DNA of 64,000 nt from Planctomycetota bacterium (GCA_038060895.1 JBBTCT010000018.1:26300-90299), one strand, 5' to 3'. Positions 19,131-27,764 are shown, counted from the stretch's first letter. The notes: a model not told the origin generated them from the letters alone. A program made the numbers and translations.

Positions 19131-19466
19131 TCAGGCCTTCGGCGCGTAATAGTCGGGGAATTTCTTGGCCATGATCTCCTTGATCTCGAGGAGCTGGTGG
19201 TGCAGCTTGAGCAGCTTGATCCACTCGATGATCTTGAAGACGGGTTCGTCATAGAGCCGGTGGCCGGACTTGGTCGCCTCGGCGGCGTGGATGAGGCCGA
19301 GCATCGTGTAGTTGTGAACGGTCTGGCGTGTGAGTCCGGTGTACTGCATGACTTCGCCGATCTTGAAAAGTTTGCGTGGGCCTGAAGTCGGAGGGGCCGT
19401 GGCCGGCGCGGGCGCCGGTTCGGGGTCCTTGGCGGTGCGAGTTGTGCGGCGGGTGGAACCGGCCAT
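19131..19466 (-). CDS. MerR-family transcriptional regulator
   Basis: FKIGEVMQYTGLTRQTVHNYTMLGLI...GHRLYDE is the MerR N-terminal winged HTH pattern. The protein is 111 aa and is the first gene of the merR-TPR-FlgN-like-HK-RR operon. Confidence 0.8.
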   Translation of the reverse strand: MAGSTRRTTRTAKDPEPAPAPATAPPTSGPRKLFKIGEVMQYTGLTRQTVHNYTMLGLIHAAEATKSGHRLYDEPVFKIIEWIKLLKLHHQLLEIKEIMAKKFPDYYAPKA

Positions 19467-19539
19467 GGCGGGAACGACCTCCGGGGAAGGGGACTCGACG
19501 GAAATGGTACGGCATGAAAGAGGGGGGCGGGCAGGCGGA

Positions 19540-19575
19540 TTTACATTATGTCAGTCATAAAATGTAAAGTGTAAA
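19540..19575 (-). promoter_or_regulatory. Candidate MerR-type promoter/operator (-35 TTTACA, 19-bp spacer, -10 CATAAT, with dyad TTTACAT..ATGTAAA)
   Basis: An AT-rich island in GC-rich DNA, about 75 nt upstream of merR. The minus strand reads TTTACA(19575-19570)-19 nt-CATAAT(19550-19545). The dyad TTTACAT (19540-46) / ATGTAAA (19562-68) overlaps the spacer and -10. An overlong 19-20 bp spacer is typical of MerR-regulated promoters. Confidence 0.45.
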
Positions 19576-19590
19576 TTAGTATCGGCAGAC

Positions 19591-19728
19591 CGCGCACGAA
19601 ACCTTCGGCCTTCGACGCGCGACGCTGGCCCGTCCGGCGCGCTCAAGGAGCGGAATCTTGTGCCGGGGCTTACCGTGCGCGCCGGACGAGCCATCGCCGC
19701 ACGCCTCCGGCCGAAGGTTTCGCGCGCG
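19591..19728. repeat. IR3: long imperfect inverted repeat (about 52-nt arms, about 34-nt loop)
   Basis: Outer arms are cgcgcacgaaaccttcggcc (19591-19610) and ggccgaaggtttcgcgcgcg (19709-19728). Inner arms are gtccggcgcgc (19632-42) and gcgcgccggac (19677-87). The middle part is imperfect. It lies between the merR start and the STAS-purB stop. Confidence 0.85.
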
Positions 19729-19756
19729 GTCCGGGTCCTTGATCGATGGCCGCCGC

Positions 19757-21682
19757 CTAGACCCTTACTTCCAGATCGTCTCCTGAAGCCAGCTCCACCC
19801 CGCTCAGCGCCGGCTCCACTTCCTCGAGCAGGAACAGATCCACCTGCTCCGGGGCGCGCCCGACGTACCGCTTTGCATCCAGCAACTCCGCGCCCTTCCC
19901 CTTGAGCACGGCGAACGCCGGGTCCGCCGCGAGCCGCTCGAACAAGTCGTTCGGCTTGCCTTCTTCGCGGACTTTCGCGAAGGCCGCCACTGAGGCCTCG
20001 CGGATTTTCTCGTGAAGCTGCTGCCGGTCGCCGCCCGCCTTGACCGCCGCCATCAGGAGGTCCTCCGTCGCGAGGAACGGAAGCTCCTGTCGCAGATAGT
20101 TGTCGATCACCTTCGGGTAGACGACCAGCCCCTCGGCCACGCTGATCACGAGATTGAGAATCGCATCAGCGCCGAGGAACGCCTCCGGCACGCTCAGCCG
20201 CTTGTTCGCCGAATCGTCGAGCGTCCGCTCAAACCACTGCGCCGCCGCCGTGAGCGGCATGTTCGCTTCCAGCGAAATCACAAACCGCGCCAGCCCCGCG
20301 ATCCGCTCGCTCTTCGCGGGGTTCTGCTTGTACGCCATCGCGCTGGACCCGACCTGCCCTTTCCCGAACGGCTCCTGAAGCTCGCCGCGCGACTGCGCCA
20401 GACGCACGTCGTTTGAAAATTTCGCCGCACTCTGCGCGATCCCGGACAGCGCCGCCATCACCTGCGCGTCCACCTTGCGCGTGTACGTCTGCCCTGTGAC
20501 CCGGAACGCGCTCTTGAACCCCATCTTCTTGGTCAGCCGCCGATCCAGGTCCTCCACTTTCTCCTTGTCCCCTTCGAACAGCGCCAGGAACGACGCCTGC
20601 GTCCCAATCGCTCCCTTCACGCCCAGGAACCGAAGCGAGTCCCTCCGCGCGATCAGCTCCTTGAGGTCGATGAGCAGGTCCTGCAGCCACAGGCAAGCGC
20701 GCCGCCCCACCGTCGTCACCTGCGCGGGCTGAAAGTGCGTGAAACCGAGGCAGGGAGTGTTCTTCCACTTCGCCGCAAAGTCCGCGAGCGCCCGGCATGC
20801 CCTCGCCACCTTCGGAATCAGCAGCCCCAGCGCTTCCCGCATCACGATCAGGTCCGTGTTGTCCACCACGAACATGCTCGTCGCGCCCAGGTGGATGATC
20901 CCCGCCGCGCCCGGCGCCTGCTCGCCGTAATGGCGGATGTGCGCCATCACGTCGTGCCGCGTCTCGCGTTCGATCTCCGAAGCCCGGCTCGCGTCCACAC
21001 GGTCGCGCGCCGACTTCAGCTCGCCGATCTGCGTCTCCGTGATCGGCAGTCCCAGCTCCTTCTCCGCCTCCGCCAGCGCAATCCAAAGGTCGCGCCACGT
21101 CGTAAACCGCTTCCTGTCCCCGAAGAGCTCGATCATCCTCCGCCCCGCATACCGCTGAGTCAGCGGGTTCACCCAGTCCGTCGCCGTCCCTCCCGGGGTG
21201 ACGTTGCGCGGCACCGCGGGAAGGGGAGTGAGCGGCCGCGATGACGACGGCCGCACCCCACGACGTACTTCGGCCTTGTCGTAATCCTGCGGCCCGTTTG
21301 CAGGCGCCACGGGCGGCGGCCGGTCCTTCCTGCGGAACGAACGCGTCGCTTCGTCCCGGCTCTTGTACCGCTTCAGGAAATCGTTCAGCCCCAGCGTGTC
21401 GAACTGCGCCTGGACCCGCGTCCCAACCTGCACCAGCGCGACCGACCCGCCCGCCGTTTCGTTCTCGTCCGTAAACGTCACGAGCATCGCAATCCCTACG
21501 CTCGCCACGAAATCCACCGCTTCCATGTCGATCACGAAATCCCGCATCCCGCCGCGCCTCAGGTTTTCCAGCGCTTCCTGCAGAAGCGGAGTCCCCGACT
21601 GGTCGATTTTCCCGCGGAGCACGATGAGCCGCGCGTTCGAGTCCTCCGGGAGCCTCGAGACGGCGATATCGAGCTCGCTCAC
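19757..21682 (-). CDS. purB: STAS (anti-sigma-antagonist-like) domain fused in frame to adenylosuccinate lyase
   Basis: Residues 1 to about 115 (LIVLRGKIDQSGTPLLQEALE...DFVIDMEAVDFVASVGIAMLV...VALVQVGTRVQAQFDTLGLNDFL) form a SpoIIAA/STAS pattern, paralogous to the STAS domain at 28032. A Pro-rich linker follows. Residues from about 170 to 641 are an ADSL-type fumarate-lyase fold with NPLTQRYAGRRMIELF and the signature GSSAMAYKQNP. There is no stop between the two parts. Confidence 0.85.
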   Translation of the reverse strand: MSELDIAVSRLPEDSNARLIVLRGKIDQSGTPLLQEALENLRRGGMRDFVIDMEAVDFVASVGIAMLVTFTDENETAGGSVALVQVGTRVQAQFDTLGLNDFLKRYKSRDEATRSFRRKDRPPPVAPANGPQDYDKAEVRRGVRPSSSRPLTPLPAVPRNVTPGGTATDWVNPLTQRYAGRRMIELFGDRKRFTTWRDLWIALAEAEKELGLPITETQIGELKSARDRVDASRASEIERETRHDVMAHIRHYGEQAPGAAGIIHLGATSMFVVDNTDLIVMREALGLLIPKVARACRALADFAAKWKNTPCLGFTHFQPAQVTTVGRRACLWLQDLLIDLKELIARRDSLRFLGVKGAIGTQASFLALFEGDKEKVEDLDRRLTKKMGFKSAFRVTGQTYTRKVDAQVMAALSGIAQSAAKFSNDVRLAQSRGELQEPFGKGQVGSSAMAYKQNPAKSERIAGLARFVISLEANMPLTAAAQWFERTLDDSANKRLSVPEAFLGADAILNLVISVAEGLVVYPKVIDNYLRQELPFLATEDLLMAAVKAGGDRQQLHEKIREASVAAFAKVREEGKPNDLFERLAADPAFAVLKGKGAELLDAKRYVGRAPEQVDLFLLEEVEPALSGVELASGDDLEVRV

Positions 21683-22098
21683 TGGATCGTCGCCTTCTGC
21701 GCCGGCAGCCAGAGCGCAATCGCGACGTAGACCCCGAGGACAAGCAGGAGCAGAGTCGAAACGAGCCAGACGCGGGTCAGGCGCCGCGGCATCACGAGTT
21801 CGGCGAGGACGAACGCGCCGAGAGGCAGGAAGAGCAGCGCGCCCAGCTGCGCTACGGCGCCGAAGAGCGGCTTCGAAAATGCCGGAATCACGCTTCCGCC
21901 GATTTCAAGGCGCGACGCCAGCGCATTGACGTGATAGACGCTCCAGCCCGCAAGCGTTCCGTAGAGAAGAAGGGTCAGCCCGAGGTACGAATAGTGAACC
22001 GCCGGTTCCGCGCGATCGTTCCCGGTCTGCGGCGTCGCCCCCGGCAGCCCCGCCGGAGTCGGATTCGCCTGTCCCGCCGGCATTGTCTCGTCAGTCAC
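21679..22098 (-). CDS. Hypothetical integral membrane protein (3-4 TM)
   Basis: Hydrophobic helices include YLGLTLLLYGTLAGWSVY, LGALLFLPLGAFVLAEL and LVSTLLLLVLGVYVAIALWL. The GTG 22098 start follows GGGGAGG. It overlaps the purB-fusion start by 4 nt. Confidence 0.5.
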   Translation of the reverse strand: MTDETMPAGQANPTPAGLPGATPQTGNDRAEPAVHYSYLGLTLLLYGTLAGWSVYHVNALASRLEIGGSVIPAFSKPLFGAVAQLGALLFLPLGAFVLAELVMPRRLTRVWLVSTLLLLVLGVYVAIALWLPAQKATIQ

Positions 22099-22369
22099 GC
22101 GGCCTCCCCGCTCCTGCTTCCTCGAGCATCCGGGCAAAACGCGCGGGTTCCATCCGGAACTTGCACGCCAGCTGACCGTCGATGAAGGCCTGCGGCACCG
22201 ACTCCGCGTACTCCGCCGCCAGCGCCGCATCTTCCAGCACGTTGACCACCTCGACCTCGAACCCGTACCACATCAGGAACGCCTCGGCCGCCCCCTTCAT
22301 CTCGTCACAAAGAGGGCAGCCGGGTCGTGAGAGGATCTTGACGCGGACGTCAGTGCTTGGGGAACTCAA
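22091..22369 (-). CDS. Glutaredoxin-like small thioredoxin-fold protein (CPLC motif)
   Basis: VKILSRPGCPLCDEMK...VNVLED...YAESVPQAFIDG is a Grx-like/DUF836-like pattern. The start is uncertain; I used TTG 22369, which follows AAGGAGAACGAGG. The track start 22441 overlaps the upstream gene. Confidence 0.55.
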   Translation of the reverse strand: MSSPSTDVRVKILSRPGCPLCDEMKGAAEAFLMWYGFEVEVVNVLEDAALAAEYAESVPQAFIDGQLACKFRMEPARFARMLEEAGAGRPRD

Positions 22370-23213
22370 ACTTCGCCTCGTTCTCCTTCCACCACGCCTT
22401 CCACTTGTCCGCCACCGCCCAGCGGTCTTCCTTCCCCGCATACATCTTGTAACCCATGTCGAACCCCGTTCCCCACTTCAGCCCCTCGATCGCCATCATC
22501 CGGATCTCGGGAACCTCGCTGTACAGGAAGTCGATCAGTGACTTCACGCCGTCGCGACACTCCGCTCTCGTCAGCGCATCGGCCAGCATCACCCTCCATG
22601 CTTCCGTGCCTTCGTTGGAGTGCTTGAGAAGCGCCTGCCGGGTCGCGTCGTGCGGATCCCACGCGGACATGATCTTCAGCAACTCGCCGCGAACGCTTCC
22701 GTCGCTGAGATACGGCTCCAGGATGGGTGCGGCCTCCGCCGGCTTCGATTTCGTGAGAACCAGGATCGCGTTCGGCCGGGAGGGTGACTGAAGCTTGCGG
22801 ACGAGGAGGACGAGGTAGGGAAGCAGCTTGTCCGAAGGAAGGGCCAGTCCTTCCTCGATGGCCTTTTCGGGCTTCAGCTCATGAAGCGCCTTGAGGTACG
22901 CGTCGATATTGGCGCGGACCACGGGGTCCATCGGGGTGCCGGCGAGCGCGCTTTCGAGATCATCTCCGCTCAGCGGACGAGAGGGGGGCGAGAGCGCGTC
23001 CACCTTCCGCTGCAGCACGGTCATAAGCTGGTTGAGGGCGCGGACATCCCGTTCGAGTTCCGCGACGTGCTTGATCATCTCGCGCACGGTGTTGTCGGAA
23101 GCGGCCTGCCGCTCCGCGACGTTGTCCAACCCCACGGAAACCTTTTCGACGTCGCCGGGCGTCGCACAACCCGCTGCGGCAACGGCAAAGAGCAAGGCAG
23201 AGAACTTCTTCAC
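22350..23213 (-). CDS. Lipoprotein with coiled coil and HEAT-like C-terminal repeats
   Basis: The GTG 23213 start lies 6 nt after GGAGGA. The signal peptide plus lipobox is KKFSALLFAVAAAGC. The remainder is helical, with HEAT-like LIDFLYSEVPEIRMMAIEGL. Confidence 0.6.
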   Translation of the reverse strand: MKKFSALLFAVAAAGCATPGDVEKVSVGLDNVAERQAASDNTVREMIKHVAELERDVRALNQLMTVLQRKVDALSPPSRPLSGDDLESALAGTPMDPVVRANIDAYLKALHELKPEKAIEEGLALPSDKLLPYLVLLVRKLQSPSRPNAILVLTKSKPAEAAPILEPYLSDGSVRGELLKIMSAWDPHDATRQALLKHSNEGTEAWRVMLADALTRAECRDGVKSLIDFLYSEVPEIRMMAIEGLKWGTGFDMGYKMYAGKEDRWAVADKWKAWWKENEAKFEFPKH

Positions 23214-23325
23214 GGGCGATCCTCCAAGTCGCGGCGTTGGCCGCGTGTGTCCCCCCGGGGACGAAGGGCTGAGCGTCGGGCGAAGGGGGGATTGTAGTGA
23301 TCTGCCGCTCGTTCGGCCAGAGCGA

Positions 23326-23447
23326 CTCATAGCGTGAGAAACAATCCGGTGGGTCAGGCTGCGTCGGCCCAGTGGTGGTTGTTTGCAGGGCTCTTCTTTT
23401 TCGGGCCGACTCCGCCCGACCCACCGGATTGTTTCTCACGCTATGAG
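23326..23447. repeat. IR4: long inverted repeat (45-nt arms, 42/45 complementary, 30 bp perfect outer stem)
   Basis: Left arm 23326-23370 is ctcatagcgtgagaaacaatccggtgggtcaggctgcgtcggccc. The reverse complement of right arm 23403-23447 is ctcatagcgtgagaaacaatccggtgggtcgggcggagtcggccc. Confidence 0.95.
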
Positions 23448-23521
23448 GGAAAACGACTCTTCTGAACGAAGTGTCTGAACATTCCTCATCGCGGGCCCGA
23501 TTTCAGCACGCAGTTTTCCCA

Positions 23522-23640
23522 GCGCGCGTGAACCTTGCGAGCGACGGCGAGCGGTCGGGGCTCGCGGCACGGCGTCGAGCCTTTCCGACGCCGGGCCGCG
23601 AGGTCCGACCGCCGACGGCGTTCGCAAGGTTCACGCGCGC
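23522..23640. repeat. IR5: long inverted repeat (about 55-nt arms, 8-nt loop) abutting the purM stop codon
   Basis: Left arm is gcgcgcgtgaaccttgcgagcgacggcgagcggtcggggctcgcggcacggcgtcg. The reverse complement of the right arm is gcgcgcgtgaaccttgcgaacgccgtcggcggtcggacctcgcggcccggcgtcg. The outer 19 bp are perfect. Confidence 0.9.
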
Positions 23641-24705
23641 TCACCACTTGATCGCGACTTCGCGCTTGCCCCGCTTGACGGTGCCTACGATGGCGGCGGT
23701 CTCGCCGGATTCCTGCAGCCGGCGGACGACGGCCTTCGCGTAGTACGGATCGACGATCATGACCAGTCCCAGGCCCATGTTGAAGACGCGGACCATTTCG
23801 TCGTCCGGGATGCCGCCCTTCTCCTGCAGGAAGCTGAAAATGCGCGGGACGGGGATTTCGCCGATCTTGATTTCGACGTCCACGTCCGGAGGAATCACGC
23901 GCGGGACATTTTCCACGATCCCGCCGCCCGTGATGTGAGCGATTGCTTTCACCACCTTCTTTGTCCGGTAGGGCGCAAGCACGTGTTTCATGGACCGGAC
24001 GTAAATCCGGGTCGGCGTCAGCAGTTCCTCGCCGAGCGTGCCGCGGAGCCCTTCGATCCGGTCCTCGAGCTTCAACCCCGCTTTTTCGAGAAGGACCTTG
24101 CGCACGAGGGTGAAGCCGTTCGAGTGAAGCCCGCTCGACCCGACGCCGATCACCGCGTCGCCGACGCAGACCGATTTCCCGTCGATGATCCGGTCGCGTT
24201 CCACGATTCCCGTGCAGAATCCGCCCATCTCGTATTCGCCTGTCCCATAGTCGTCAGGGTGCTGCGCCGTCTCGCCGCCGAGCAGAACACAGTCCGACAA
24301 TTCGCAGCCGCGAACCAGGCCCTTCACCACGTCCAGCATCAGCGCCTCGTCCATTGGCCCGACGGCAATGTAGTCGAGGAAGAACAGCGGCTCGGCACCG
24401 GAGACGATGAGGTCGTTCACGCTCATGGCGACCAGGTCGATCCCGACCGTGTCGTGCTTCCCGGTGGCCTGCGCGATCTTCAGTTTCGTTCCGACTCCGT
24501 CCGCGCAACCGACCAGGACGGGGTCCTTGTATTGCTTCTTGAAGAGGTTCGCGGGGCCGTTCAGGGCGAAGAAGCCGGCGTACCCCCAGTCGTTCTGGAT
24601 GACGCGCGGGTTGTAAGTGCGGCGCATGAGGCCGAAGAGTTTGTCGATGAAGCGGTCTTTGGCGACCGTATCGACGCCGGCGTCCTTGTAGGTCATGCGC
24701 GCCAT
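23641..24705 (-). CDS. purM: Phosphoribosylformylglycinamidine cyclo-ligase (AIR synthetase) PurM
   Basis: 354 aa. The motifs YKDAGVDTVAKDRFIDKL..., DGVGTKLKIA and SNGFTLVRKV give a typical PurM layout. Confidence 0.95.
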   Translation of the reverse strand: MARMTYKDAGVDTVAKDRFIDKLFGLMRRTYNPRVIQNDWGYAGFFALNGPANLFKKQYKDPVLVGCADGVGTKLKIAQATGKHDTVGIDLVAMSVNDLIVSGAEPLFFLDYIAVGPMDEALMLDVVKGLVRGCELSDCVLLGGETAQHPDDYGTGEYEMGGFCTGIVERDRIIDGKSVCVGDAVIGVGSSGLHSNGFTLVRKVLLEKAGLKLEDRIEGLRGTLGEELLTPTRIYVRSMKHVLAPYRTKKVVKAIAHITGGGIVENVPRVIPPDVDVEIKIGEIPVPRIFSFLQEKGGIPDDEMVRVFNMGLGLVMIVDPYYAKAVVRRLQESGETAAIVGTVKRGKREVAIKW

Positions 24706-24755
24706 GGATCGTGGGCTCCTGTTGATTGCGGGCGCGGGATGCTAACCGAGGGAGG

Positions 24756-24838
24756 AGGTAGTTGGTAGGAGGTAGGGGGTAGTAAAGACGCGCGTGCCCA
24801 AAGTGCCGTAACTACCCCCTACCCACTACCCCCTGCCC
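24756..24838. repeat. IR6: inverted repeat with (GGTAGG)n-like arm and complementary C-rich arm
   Basis: Left arm 24756-24783 is aggtagttggtaggaggtagggggtagt. The reverse complement of right arm 24811-24838 is gggcagggggtagtgggtagggggtagt. The inner 13 bp are perfect and about 22/28 match overall. It lies between purF and purM. Confidence 0.85.
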
Positions 24839-26262
24839 TAGCATTTCTGCTGTTCGTGCTGCAACTTCTCGAATTTCTCATTCACCGGGACGCGGTAACT
24901 CCCGCTGTAGCAGGCGGTGCAGTAGTGATCCTTCGGGCTCGACACCGCGCCCAGAAGTCCCTCAAGCGAGAGGTATCCCAGCGAGTCGAGGTCGAGATGC
25001 CGCCGGATCTCCTCGACATTCATGCGCGCGGCGATCAGTTCCTCCGGATTTGGGAAGTCGATCCCATAGAAACACGGATGGGCGATCGGCGGGCAGGAGA
25101 TGCGCATGTGGACCTCCTTCGCTCCCGCCTGCCGCAGCATCTTGACGCGGCCGCGGCTGGTCGTGCCGCGGATGATCGAGTCATCGACGACCACAACGCG
25201 CTTCCCGCGCACGACCTCGGCGATCACGTTGAGCTTGAGCCCGACCCCCGAGATGCGCGCTCCCTGTGTCGGGGCGATGAAGGTGCGCCCGATGTAATGG
25301 TTGCGGACGAAGCCGTGGTCGAGCGGGATTCCCGACGCATGCGAGAAGCCGAGCGCCGCGTCGTTCCCGCTGTCGGGGATCGGCACCACGATGTCTCCCT
25401 GCGCGGGATGCTCCTTCGCCAGCGCCCGCCCGAGATTCATGCGCACCCCGTGCACGTTGTCGCCGAAAACACGCGAGTCCGGGCGCGCAAAGTAGACGTG
25501 CTCGAAGATGCAGTGCGCAGGCGTCTCGGGCTTTTCGTGGAAAAAGAACGAACGCTCGCCCTTCGAGGAAAACTCCACCACCTCTCCCGCCTTGACGTCC
25601 CGCACGTACTTCGCGCCCACGATGTCCAGCGCGCACGTTTCGCTCGCCACCACCGGCACGCCGTCCAGCTCCCCGATGCACAGCGGACGGAACGCGTGCC
25701 GGTCCCGGATCGCGTAGAGCCGGTCCTTCGAGAGGATGAGAAGCGAAAACGCGCCGCGAAGCTGCCGGAGCGCGCGGATCATCCTCTCGTCCTCCGATCC
25801 GTCCCAGGGCTGCGCCAGCAGGTGCATGATCGTCTCGCTGTCGGTCGAAGTCTGGAAAATCGACCCGCGCGACTCAAACTCACGGCGAAGCTGCCCGCTG
25901 TTCACGAGGTTCCCGTTGTGCGCGATCGCGAGCGGACCCGCGGCGTAGTTAAAGAGAAGCGGCTGCGCGTTCTGGATCGTGCTCGACCCCGTCGTGCTGT
26001 AGCGGACGTGCCCGATGGCGACCGGATTGCGCAGCGAAGCGAGGACTTCATCCGTAAAAATGTCGCCGACCTGTCCCATTTCCCGGTGCGCCAGGAGATT
26101 TCCGCCGCTCGTCGAGCAGATCCCCGCGCTTTCCTGTCCGCGATGCTGAAGCGAGTAAAGCCCGTAGTACGTCTTGTGCACCGCTTCCGGGTGCCCGTAG
26201 ATCCCGAAGAGCCCGCAGAATTCCCGCGGCCCTTCACCCGTCGCGTCGCGTTCGTCGCTCAT
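24838..26262 (-). CDS. purF: Amidophosphoribosyltransferase PurF
   Basis: The N-terminal nucleophile context CGLFGIYGH, YSLQHRGQESAGI, a PRTase motif (VVVVDDSIIRGTT) and C-terminal Cys residues for an Fe-S cluster are all present. The start was set at MSDERD (26262) to avoid overlapping the upstream gene. Confidence 0.95.
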   Translation of the reverse strand: MSDERDATGEGPREFCGLFGIYGHPEAVHKTYYGLYSLQHRGQESAGICSTSGGNLLAHREMGQVGDIFTDEVLASLRNPVAIGHVRYSTTGSSTIQNAQPLLFNYAAGPLAIAHNGNLVNSGQLRREFESRGSIFQTSTDSETIMHLLAQPWDGSEDERMIRALRQLRGAFSLLILSKDRLYAIRDRHAFRPLCIGELDGVPVVASETCALDIVGAKYVRDVKAGEVVEFSSKGERSFFFHEKPETPAHCIFEHVYFARPDSRVFGDNVHGVRMNLGRALAKEHPAQGDIVVPIPDSGNDAALGFSHASGIPLDHGFVRNHYIGRTFIAPTQGARISGVGLKLNVIAEVVRGKRVVVVDDSIIRGTTSRGRVKMLRQAGAKEVHMRISCPPIAHPCFYGIDFPNPEELIAARMNVEEIRRHLDLDSLGYLSLEGLLGAVSSPKDHYCTACYSGSYRVPVNEKFEKLQHEQQKC

Positions 26263-26309
26263 GATCCCCCAGTAGATCGACTTTCCGACTTCGTTGCAAA
26301 TCTGCCGCT

Positions 26310-26837
26310 TCAGGCGTCTTTCAGTTCCCTGGCTACTTCGGCTTCCCATTTCCTCCACGGGTCGAGGACGAGCGACTTCCTGAAGTGTTTTCTTGCGAGC
26401 CGGGGCATTCCCTCGCGCTTATAGGTCATTCCGATGTGGAAATGGGCGTCGGGGTCGTCGCGGTCGAGTTTGAGGACGGAGCGCAGCTTGATGCGTGCGC
26501 GCGGGTATTCGCCGCGGAGGTAATAGCCGAACGCGCTGAGGAATCGTTCGCGTTTTCGCTCGTCGAGCGCCCTCCTGCGCCGCCAGACGAGGATGCGAAG
26601 GAGGTCGAGGGTGGCATAGAGCCAGATGACGCCGGCTGCGACAGCGCAGCCGCGGGCGTCGACCCGGGTTCCGAGGGCGCCCAGGACCGGCGAAACTGCC
26701 GTGGCGTTGGCGAAGAACGTGAACCACACGAAGAACCAGAGGCCGCGGCCGATCCGGCCCAGGACGACATGGCCGACACCGGGGAGAACGAATCCCAGGC
26801 AGGCGGCGAGCTTGGTGGTTCTGGAAAAATCAGGCAT
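26310..26837 (-). CDS. Membrane protein with C-terminal TPR-like module
   Basis: 175 aa. TM helices include LAACLGFVLPGVGHVVL, LWFFVWFTFFANA and AVAAGVIWLYATLDLL. A TPR-like stretch follows (YYLRGEYPRARIKLRSVLKLDRDDPDAHFHIGMTYKREG). Confidence 0.55.
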   Translation of the reverse strand: MPDFSRTTKLAACLGFVLPGVGHVVLGRIGRGLWFFVWFTFFANATAVSPVLGALGTRVDARGCAVAAGVIWLYATLDLLRILVWRRRRALDERKRERFLSAFGYYLRGEYPRARIKLRSVLKLDRDDPDAHFHIGMTYKREGMPRLARKHFRKSLVLDPWRKWEAEVARELKDA

Positions 26838-26862
26838 GACCGCCGCGATCCTCGCCCACGTG

Positions 26863-27621
26863 TTACTTCGACATGCGCATGGCGGGGATCGGGTCCGAGC
26901 CCGTGTACTGGCGCTCCCAGGACCGGATGTGGTCGATGCGAAGGGCTCGCTCCGCGACCTGGTAGTCCTCGCCCGTGATCGGAACGGCCTTCATCGGGGG
27001 GGTCACTCCCTGGCCGTTTTTCTTCGAAGGCGCCCAATCCTCCGTAAACAGCAGCGAGATGCGGTCGGTCGGCGCAAGCGCCGCGGTTCTCCCGGGAGGC
27101 GCCGTGTAGCGCTTTGTGTTGCCCGTGCTTCGGACCAGTTCCGGCGGCGCGTCGCCGACGGGAGCGGCCACTTCAACTCCCGCGCCGGTGGAAAGCCCGT
27201 AGTACTTCTTGAGCGCGTCCTGGACTTCCGCCTCAGGCGCGACCACGACCTTGACCTTCAGCCCGGTCGATTTCCTCACGTCCACCACGGCCGCGCGATT
27301 GAAGAAATTCGCCTTGGCAATGAACACGATCCCCGCGGCTTTCTCGACCGGTACGATTTCGTGCTTTTCCGCCAGTTCCTTCGAGACGCAGGCGATCACG
27401 TCCGCCGCGATGTTCAGCGAAGCGATCGATACGTGGGGAATCTGGTATGTGGCTGCCAGAAACCGGGCCAGCTCGCCCCGTGCGGGAGCGCCGGCGCCAA
27501 CCAGCGCGGCCAGGATGGGGGAGCCTTTACGCTCTTCCCCTGCGCGCGCAATGTCTTCAGCAAGAACGGCGCCTTCCTCGATCAGGATCTCGCCGACACG
27601 CTGAAGGTCTTCACCGGCCAT
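26863..27621 (-). CDS. Stand-alone T2SS-E N-terminal (GspE_N/MshEN-like) domain protein
   Basis: RVGEILIEEGAVLAEDIARA...IPHVSIASLNIAADVIACVSKELAEKHEIVPVEKAAGIVFIAKAN is the GSPII_E_N pattern. No ATPase domain follows; the C-terminal roughly 110 aa is unknown. The start was set at ATG 27621, after GGAGAA. Confidence 0.65.
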   Translation of the reverse strand: MAGEDLQRVGEILIEEGAVLAEDIARAGEERKGSPILAALVGAGAPARGELARFLAATYQIPHVSIASLNIAADVIACVSKELAEKHEIVPVEKAAGIVFIAKANFFNRAAVVDVRKSTGLKVKVVVAPEAEVQDALKKYYGLSTGAGVEVAAPVGDAPPELVRSTGNTKRYTAPPGRTAALAPTDRISLLFTEDWAPSKKNGQGVTPPMKAVPITGEDYQVAERALRIDHIRSWERQYTGSDPIPAMRMSK

Positions 27622-27764
27622 GTGCTTCTCCGGGAGTGGGTTCGTGGAGAGCCTGATTATAAGGGGAAGCGAGCGGACCTTCCAATTCAAATCGAAGTTC
27701 AACCCGCCAGCAGGGCCCCGCCAGGCCCTGAATCTCTCTCGCCTCGGAAGTCATTGTCCTTCTG

